Origin: Fimbriosthenelais zetlandica
Lineage: Eukaryota
Direction of reading: 5' to 3'
Length of the DNA stretch: 64,000 nucleotides
NCBI GenBank assembly: GCA_977030845.1
Contig: OZ365111.1
Coordinates: 17,732,001-17,796,000, forward strand
Shown here in pieces: positions 56,600-64,000 of the stretch. The position numbers were made by a program, and so were the translations under genes. The stretch's first letter is position 1. Each line of letters starts with the position of its first letter. A model generated the notes under the pieces. It was not told the DNA's origin and ran no database searches. It saw only the letters and a program-made list of their open reading frames with translations.

Positions 56600-58529
56600 C
56601 TAAGCATGCCATCTGTTACCAAGCAACCTAGCGGATACTGAACAAAATAGAATTGTAAAACTCCCTCCCGCCTCCATGCATACCTCCACCCACCCACCCT
56701 TTCTATCCTCCATCATTTCCTTTATCAATATATTGTACTCAGAAGATTGTATATGTCTTTTACGACATTATATATTTTACGACATCTGTCACGTGTAAGT
56801 CACATGACATAGGTCTACGGCGGCGTCTTTAAATCATATCAACATGTACACAAATTAGAGCTGGGGTGAAAATAGCTGTTCTTGAAAATAATTTTTGTTC
56901 GGGTTAAGAAGGGATAACAATAGATAACAAATCCTCAATGGATAACAAATTACATCGAATCACATTTTCAGGTTTATTAATTGTGAATACACCCACGACA
57001 AGCAATCACTTGTGTATTCTACAGCACAGAGCATAGAGGTGGTCGGGAGGTATCTCACAGAAATAGCCACGAGGACAGTCCTTGTGGTCCGGTCCAGGTC
57101 CACAAAATATGTCCGTTAACGGAACTCCTATTTTGCACGGTCCTAAAATCATTAAAAAATATATATTATCAACAAATAAAAACTTAGAGGAAACGAATGA
57201 AATGAAATCTCAAAGCAAAATCTGCACTGAGGGGAGAAATATTTACGTCTTTGTCTCATGTCTGCGTGACTTCTCGAGAATACCAATAGACACAGAAGCG
57301 CAAATCTGGTAATCATCCTGGAATCACATTAAATATAATATAAAGTTTGATGAATTGGTATGTAAGCTACACATATAAGCTAAACTGTCAAATATATAGA
57401 ATGACAAGTGGCTGGTCAATATTTGAACTCACCATTTGACCATCATTTTCCTATTGCCTCTCAAGATCTTTTCATAACCAATATTATGAAACTAAAAGAA
57501 ATTGGAAATAATATAGGAACATTATTAAAATAGTGATAACGGAACAAATATCAATTTACAAATAATAGAAACAATGCTTTTTTTTCAGGACAAATTCAGT
57601 ATAAATTAAACGTAGCTTACCTTGTATCATTCGATAGCGTAAGAGTAACGTCCTACATAGTTCCATAAATCTATCTAAATATACTAGGCTGCAGTGTCAT
57701 GACATTGCTCATGGGTGTATTTATGAGAGAAGGTCATGTGGGTAGCAATTATATAGGAATATCCACTCGCTATTACATATCACTCAGGTTCCAGTCAAAT
57801 TTATTTGTATCAATTTACATGCATGTCAATGTATATTAATTTTGTTTAGAAATCTATAACATACAGGAGGTTTTGTTTTTACAAAAATCTAGCCACCTCG
57901 GGCAACTAAGGGCCCGATCATCCGGTGATTTAAATTACTGATTCAATTCTTTACCTTAACATATTAATATGGCAGGTAGAGGTATTTTTTTAAAATAAGA
58001 TGATCATAGATTAGATAACAGATTATACACTTGACAAATTTAAAGAATTCGATGATCTAAATGTAATATATTAGCACGAACAATATACAATCAGTAATAC
58101 AGGATACAATAAAATAAAGATAATTTAGCTCAGATAAATTGTTTGGATTACGGTGTTTTTTTAAAGCTTCGACAATACAAACTACGCAGATAATTCACTG
58201 TTTGTATACATTTTATCATTTCGTGTGTTTTAACAGGGATTTGCAATCCTCGGATTTGTAAATGCTTAAATGTTGGTATCTGGCTCCAGCTAGACAGCAA
58301 CGTCATTAGCTCTCTGGATTAGTAGACTTGCCTAATCCTGTAAATAAACTTATCTCTATAGTCTGTATCAACATGGTTTTTGTCCACAACTATATCAAAA
58401 CAATTAGGCGCAATTTTACATCTAGGATATCCTATGCATTAATTCTTTATAGATATATGTTCTACCTTATTTCTGTTATAAAATTACGTCTGCTATTCAT
58501 TTTTCCATACACATACGTATATGAATGAA

Positions 58530-58661
58530 NNNNNNNNNNNNNNNNNNNNNNNNNNNNNNNNNNNNNNNNNNNNNNNNNNNNNNNNNNNNNNNNNNNNNNN
58601 NNNNNNNNNNNNNNNNNNNNNNNNNNNNNNNNNNNNNNNNNNNNNNNNNNNNNNNNNNNNN
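58530..58661. other. Assembly gap (132 N)
   Basis: Run of N about 130 bp downstream of the stop codon of the Cys-rich gene. Confidence 1.
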
Positions 58662-58791
58662 TATCAGCTGCTAGGACTATATGGCGATGCATGTATATAT
58701 AATTACATGTGTATGATTTCATGCTATAAAGTAAAGTAGCCTACCTGAGGTTGATGCTAAGATATACTAATATAATATTATATTAGTATCT

Positions 58792-58881
58792 TTAGACGCA
58801 TCTGGGCAGTGGAGGGCAGGGCGCTCTCACACATAGGACATTTTCTACCTCGCATCGTTGTCCAACTGGACATAGGACAGT
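58792..58881 (-). CDS. Terminal coding exon 7: TVLCPVGQRCEVENVLCVRAPCPPLPRCV-stop
   Basis: Acceptor tgtctttgaag|ACT; same repeat spacing; TAA follows one residue after the last Cys. This frame differs from the one shown in the ORF track. Confidence 0.85.
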   Translation of the reverse strand, partial: TVLCPVGQRCEVENVLCVRAPCPPLPRCV

Positions 58882-61565
58882 CTTCAAAGACAATATGCAT
58901 AATCACTTTAGGCCAAACAAAAAAATACCTTTGTTTGGGGTAACATAAAAAAAAAATTTTCAGCAGGTAGGTCGGCACTAATTTTTTTTTTCTAAGATTT
59001 TATTCTGGAAAACCCTGGGTCGGCTGAATTAAAATTTTTTTTTATTATCTCTCACTTCCAGCCATTTTGTCTGTCTGCCGCGTGTTAAAAGTAACAATAA
59101 TTTGGATTGGAAGAAGTCGCAGCGATTCAACCAATAGCAAAATGTGTAACAAATCAGGCCAGGTCAAAGGAAGTGACATTGGTCGCTTTTGGGGAAACCC
59201 CAGCCGGTGGAGGGAAATCTTCTCCCGATTTAGGCCCAAAAAAATGTTATTTTGGTTCAGATTCACATAAAATTTAAGGAAAGCGGAGATTTCAATTATT
59301 CCGAGTACAGTCGGGGCTTTAGAATTTTTTTTTGTCAAAAAACTGAATAAAATCCCGAAAACATTAATTTTATGGGGTCTAGGCCCCTATTCATGGGTCG
59401 GTCGGAAAACCCCAAACACGGAAATTATTTTGTTTGGCCTTATATTTCACGCATAACAGGACATATTGTTATGGGGAAAAAATCATTCCTGAATGAGAAG
59501 GTGTCATAACCCCATGACCCCCCCCCCCCCCCCCCAAAAAAAAAGAAAAAAGAAAAAAAAAAAGAAAAAGATCAACCTTTGTTACTGTGCATGAAACGTG
59601 ATTAATATAGTCCATATTAGATATTTTATTGAATTATATTTAATATAAATATTATCACTCACCGCGCAAGGATGCTGACATTGTGCTATGGCTGGCGGAC
59701 AGGGTGCTCTGACACAGTTAATTGGTTGCAGCACACAATACTGCCCTTTTGGACAGTGCACGTTCTGTTAAAACATTAAATACAATGTAACGTTACATGT
59801 ATACATAATGATCTTGAATTTCATAGAAAGAGAACGTTCGATTTTTGTGCTACTTTAAAAGCCACCATACGTAGTATGTATCTGTATTGTACACAATATA
59901 CAAAAAATGGCTACATTAGTATCTAAATGTCACTGTTATTTCTCTATTCTGTTCTTCGGAAGTTATAAAATTAGTTACTTACCTGACATGGATTGCTCAT
60001 AAAGCGGCAGACAGGCAGTGGTGGACAGGGAGATGTAATACATGTCACAGGCTCCAGGACGCACTCCTCTCCTCGCCCACATTTTACTCCCTGAAAGAGA
60101 AAATTCAACAGATTTTAGAAATCAGGAGCCCGTTTAAAAACTGATATTAGACATAAACTTAGCATTGAGAACTAAAATTCATTTTGAAACGGGTCTCGAA
60201 ACATGCTAATTCAACAGATTTTAGTGTCTATTAAGAAATCATGAGTCTTTCAAAACTATATTATGAGACACTAAGATTAATTTTGAAAAGAGCCTCAGAA
60301 CATGTTTGCTAAACAAAGCCATTCATAATGGCTCATTTTCATTTCCTATACTCATAAGTGCAGGTCAAGACTTCTGGCTCGGATCCAAGATTTTGAAAAA
60401 ATTTGTTCGCCTTTGGCTCGCAGATATTTACATAGAAATAGGACGATTTTTGTACTCCTTTAAGCCATCGTACCTGTTAGTATGTATCCGTAATTTACAC
60501 AATATTATATACAGAAAATTTCTAATTCTAATTCTAATTTCTAATATACAGAAAAACTAATTTCTACATTAGTATCCGAATGTCACTGTTCTTTCTCTAT
60601 CTGTTCTTCTGAAGTTATAAAATTGGTTACATACCTGACATGGATTCCTCTTAGGGCGGCAGACAGGCAGTGGTGGACAGGGAGATGTAATACATGTCAC
60701 AGGCTCCAGGACGCACTCCTCTCCTCGCCCACATTTTACTCCCTGAAAGAGAAGGGTTTGCAGGAAGTGCAAGAGCATGTTTTAAAAGGAATATTAGCCA
60801 TAGTTTAATATTCCTTTTGAAACAGGCCCCAGGTCAAGACTTCTGGCTAGGATCCAGGATTTTGAAAAACAAAGTGTGTGTTGGGTTGGTGGTGGGGATG
60901 GGAGGTGGGGGCAGGTTTATCATTACTGATCATAGATATAATTTTTACCTTGCATGTTTTTGCCTTTGGCTCGCAGACAGGCCGTGGTGGTGGACACGGC
61001 CATGTTTTGCAAAGCACAGGCTTTAGCACACACTTCTCTCCTCGCCCACATTTTACAGTCTGAAACATCAATTAATTTATCAAAATGACACTTTCACATC
61101 CCTGTAAATTCATAATAATTGATTTTTTAACAATTAAATGAAATATCATAAATGATATTCGGACCTTGCAGCTAGGGAGTTGAGGTTCAAGACGTGGAGT
61201 CTGGCCGCAATAACAACAAACTGCGAACCGATCAGCTGGGTCGATGTTACATTCATACCCCGATGGACAGTCCTGACGGTTGGGCCCACGCCCACAAAAC
61301 ACATTCGGAAGAGGCTTCCCGATTGCACAAAGGTTATGAGACCTATCTGAAATTGTGAGATCATTTTGATGATTTAAGAAAATTAATGATGATGATGACA
61401 TGCAATAAACCACAGAATGTCAAGGTCTTTTTAATGTTTTATTATGCAATGCGGGAACCTAAATCATATAAGGTGTCGTTATAGACTATCCTCAGAACTG
61501 TTCATACCTGCCCAGGTGAATCCCATACATACGATAGAGGTGAACATGAAGGCGTACCACGTCAT
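58792..61565 (-). CDS. Spliced 7-exon gene for a 252-aa secreted cysteine/proline-rich protein: signal peptide, Lustrin/WR1-like module, five six-Cys follistatin-N-like repeats
   Basis: Manual join of complement(61508-61565, 61165-61346, 60949-61059, 60635-60742, 59983-60090, 59663-59764, 58792-58881). All introns are GT-AG, phases are 1,0,0,0,0,0, the frame stays open, and it ends at TAA 58794-58792. The domain names are recognised from Cys spacing, not from a database search. Confidence 0.9.
58911..59439. mobile_element. Non-autonomous DNA transposon with 3-bp TTA TSD (PIF/Harbinger- or Zator-like) in the last intron
   Basis: TIR GGCCAAACAAAA / TTTTGTTTGGCC; TTA at 58908-58910 and 59440-59442; no ORF of note. 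Confidence 0.8.
59663..59764 (-). CDS. Coding exon 6: Cys repeat NVHCPKGQYCVLQPINCVRAPCPPAIAQCQHPCA
   Basis: ttttaacag|AAC ... GCG|GTGAGT; 102 nt, phase 0-0; same Cys spacing as the other repeats. Confidence 0.9.
59983..60090 (-). CDS. Coding exon 5: Cys repeat GVKCGRGEECVLEPVTCITSPCPPLPVCRFMSNPCQ (duplicate of exon 4)
   Basis: tctctttcag|GGA ... CAG|GTAAGT; 108 nt; 104/108 identical to exon 4; absent from the ORF track. Confidence 0.88.
60635..60742 (-). CDS. Coding exon 4: Cys repeat GVKCGRGEECVLEPVTCITSPCPPLPVCRPKRNPCQ
   Basis: tctctttcag|GGA ... CAG|GTATGT; 108 nt, phase 0-0. Confidence 0.9.
60949..61059 (-). CDS. Coding exon 3: Cys repeat TVKCGRGEKCVLKPVLCKTWPCPPPRPVCEPKAKTCK
   Basis: tttcag|ACT ... 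AAG|GTAAAA; 111 nt, phase 0-0. Confidence 0.9.
61165..61346 (-). CDS. Coding exon 2: Lustrin/WR1-like module (DRSHNLCAIGKPLPNVFCGRGPNRQDCPSGYECNIDPADRFAVCCYCGQTPRLEPQLPSCK)
   Basis: Acceptor tttcag|AT; C..G.P....CG......CP.GY.C......AVCC pattern; donor AAG|GTCCGA is canonical GT but weak. Confidence 0.85.
61508..61565 (-). CDS. Coding exon 1: signal peptide MTWYAFMFTSIVCMGFTWA(G)
   Basis: Acceptor ttttcttggttctag|cacgATG with A at -3; hydrophobic 19 aa; phase-1 donor G|GTATGA. Confidence 0.85.
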
Positions 61566-62239
61566 CGTGCTAGAACCAAGAAAACCAAATTCTAAGTTCT
61601 TGCTGCAGCTGATCATGGATTTTGTAAAAAAAAAAAACAAAAAAACAAAAAAAAAAAACAAAAAAAAAACAATCATCTCAGACACGGAGAGGGTCCTCAC
61701 AACCGGAAACTCTCACCTGCCTCCGCCCCCACACTAAATGTTAAAGGTAACCCCCCCCCCCCGACCCCCATTCCCCTTCAGGACATCCTGTCAGTGGCCC
61801 TGAGTACCTCATGTGTCGTGTCACTATATAACATACGTAGTTAACTAACATGGTACAGCCCTATACACATGGCAGCTGGAGAAAAGTACCAGTCCTTGTT
61901 AATGGGATCTTATATTGTTGTATAGAGTGACATTCCAACGGCTTCAAAAAACTGAATAAACCACCGACACACTGATTCCTGTAGTATAGTTGAACAATGT
62001 AAATACTGATGTAATATTAATATTACCAAATGTTGTATTACATACTTGTTTGCATCGTTTTTTTGCATCGTCGACTCTAACTTCTAATTCACATTCTTTG
62101 GTTTATTTTTATGGTTTTTTCTTATTAATTTAAATCTTTAGATTGTATTATACTTCAAACAATGACATTCCATAAATACAGTAGAATATAAGTAAAATTA
62201 AATAAATTAAGTAAAATATAAATGAGATGAAGAACTCAC

Positions 62240-62283
62240 CTTAATTGAAACATTTCGGATATTCCCGGGCACTGGCCGATCTT
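62240..62283 (-). other. Putative upstream exon (5' UTR or N-terminal coding) of the Cys-rich gene
   Basis: Acceptor attttcgacag (alternative ctacag at 62309-62310); strong donor AAG|GTGAGT. It splices in frame to the signal exon and contains an in-frame ATG at 62253 (MFQLS-TMTWY). Confidence 0.5.
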
Positions 62284-62590
62284 CTGTCGAAAATATAATG
62301 ATCATAACCTGTAGCTTCAACGGTTGCAGTAATAGGTCACGATTTAAAATTTTCAATTGAAATTCAAAGATGTGTGTTGAGATTGTGACAGGCATGTAAT
62401 AGAACACAAATACATGTACAGTAATTAGAAAGGTGAGTGTAGTTCAGTCTACAGTGACCACCTACACAATATAGTCATGGTTTCTAATAGAAAGACAGGT
62501 CCTTAGGATATAATCTATAAGCAATTAAGTAAAGGATTTTGGTCTTCACATAATTTATATTCACATAGTAATATTTTGATACATGAACTG

Positions 62591-62657
62591 AGGAGCCTGT
62601 TTCAAAACGAATATTAGCCATAGACATAGCTGATATTCCTTTTGAAACAGGCCCCAG
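62591..62657. repeat. About 65-bp hairpin (mini-MITE) family member
   Basis: GGAGCCTGTTTCAAAA...TTTTGAAACAGGCCCC. Related copies at about 8683-8742, 8756-8804, 48208-48280, 60123-60197, 60770-60832 and 63538-63610. Confidence 0.7.
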
Positions 62658-62967
62658 GTAGCTGTGAAAATATTAGATACTATAATCTAAAATGCACATA
62701 GTACATAATGAGAATAATGAGAAGGATTCACCGAAAAAATTATGGATGTTATGGTAAACTATATATATGTATGTGTATAGAATATAGTACTTAAATAAAA
62801 ATCTAATAATTATATAACATTCTAGAAAATAGGTGTGCATAGAGACCTAAATATTAGGCCAGAGAATATTTATAAGGATTCTCTCAGAAAATTATGGTTT
62901 TCCCTGGGAAACCGTGTATAATTATATAAATGTATAGGCTTAGCGCGCTATATAGGATATCACTCAC

Positions 62968-63107
62968 CTCTGTGGACGATTCTACTGTCAGGACTAAGGA
63001 TGTCGAGTGACCTGTCTCGCAGTCTTTCATGTATTATATAGCTGACCAAGGATGGGCATGAACATCACACTTTCCGCAGTGAAAGTTGGGAATGCCCAGA
63101 GAGTCAT
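62968..63107 (-). other. Putative upstream exon, largely 5' UTR, of the Cys-rich gene
   Basis: Strong polypyrimidine acceptor ctttaactttttcccttttctaagtag and donor GAG|GTGAGT. All three frames contain stops in its 5' part. Confidence 0.5.
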
Positions 63108-64000
63108 CTACTTAGAAAAGGGAAAAAGTTAAAGACAGAGTACATGCTCTCATCAGCCGGGGGCCGGTGGTCATTTAATACATTTATAATGGGATAAAAT
63201 AAATGAATTCAGAGATAGTTTGGTTTTCAAAAACAGAATTGAATTTTTTTCCACCTCATGTTACATAGTTGGTGAATGTATCACTCCAATAAGACCTAAC
63301 AACATGTGTGCCTTGGCTAGGTATATCTCAGGAGATATTTGGCAGTCAGTCCATTCCCATTCGATCCATCAAACGAGATGACCTGTGCATGGAAAATGAT
63401 TATTATAAGCTCGATCTCCATCGAAAACTTTTGACTTTCGGTTATATCATCATGATTATAAATATTAGTGTCAGACTCATCGTTGATGAAATGTTCAGTT
63501 TTAATATAGGCTTATTAGTCCATGGGTATGAAGTTTTGGAGCCTGTTTCAAAACGAATATTACCTATATAGCGGTACTTAACATTGCTAATATTCTTTTT
63601 GATCAGCCCCCCTGAATCCTCGTATGGTTGCATTCTATCATGAAACAGCATCCATATGCATTCAGTCAATTAAGTGATATGCTTTGGATTGAAAAAAACG
63701 AACACACTTCCAGTCACCTTCCATATATAGGGGCAAGTGGTGACAATTATCATTGACCTAACATTTCGATCCATATTTGAATCATCCATTTTAACTGTCA
63801 ATAATGTGAAATGTATTGTATAGCTAGGGGAGCTCTCACAGAAACCATTGTAATACAAAAGGTTGGATGTGATCAAATAGTTAAGATTAATGTACCAATG
63901 TCCCTCCCTCCCTCCCTCTCTGCCCTGTCTCTCCTTTTTCTTTTTAGTTAGAATTTTTATAGAGCCCGTTATGGGTGAATACCAGCTCACACTCTTTATT

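Noticed and set aside
1-57400. Numerous 60-180-aa ORFs in the supplied track
   Set aside because: They are low-complexity, microsatellite-derived or lack splice-site and domain support, as expected by chance in non-coding eukaryotic DNA.
57621-57652. Minus-strand donor AAG|GTAAGC with a 32-nt candidate exon
   Set aside because: The acceptor is poor and there is no coding signal; it could be an alternative first exon but this cannot be supported.
58530-58661. Possible extra repeat exon hidden in the N gap
   Set aside because: The gap lies downstream of an in-frame stop that closes the fifth repeat cleanly.

Overview
This is AT-rich, intron-rich eukaryotic DNA, most consistent with a marine invertebrate and possibly an echinoderm-like deuterostome (taxon inferred, low confidence). 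There are no prokaryotic operons, CRISPR arrays, rRNA or intact tRNA genes. Almost all short ORFs in the supplied track are spurious. One complete minus-strand gene can be rebuilt by hand: 7 coding exons at 61565-58792, all with GT-AG introns, encoding a 252-aa secreted Cys/Pro-rich protein. It has a signal peptide, a Lustrin/WR1-like six-Cys module and five six-Cys C-x4-C-x5-C-x6-C-x4-C-x5/6-C repeats, and its introns preserve the trace of a recent exon duplication. A second minus-strand gene probably starts at about 54.3-53.7 kb (YY1/E2F promoter motifs and a signal-peptide exon with a phase-1 GTAAGT donor). Its next intron appears to run at least 53 kb, past the left edge of the window, and contains a strong candidate recursive splice site (polypyrimidine tract-CAG|GTAAGC) at about 20.39 kb. 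Two co-oriented CTCF-like motifs lie between the genes. The remainder is MITEs, a SINE with target-site duplication, LINE fragments, minisatellites and a 132-N gap.
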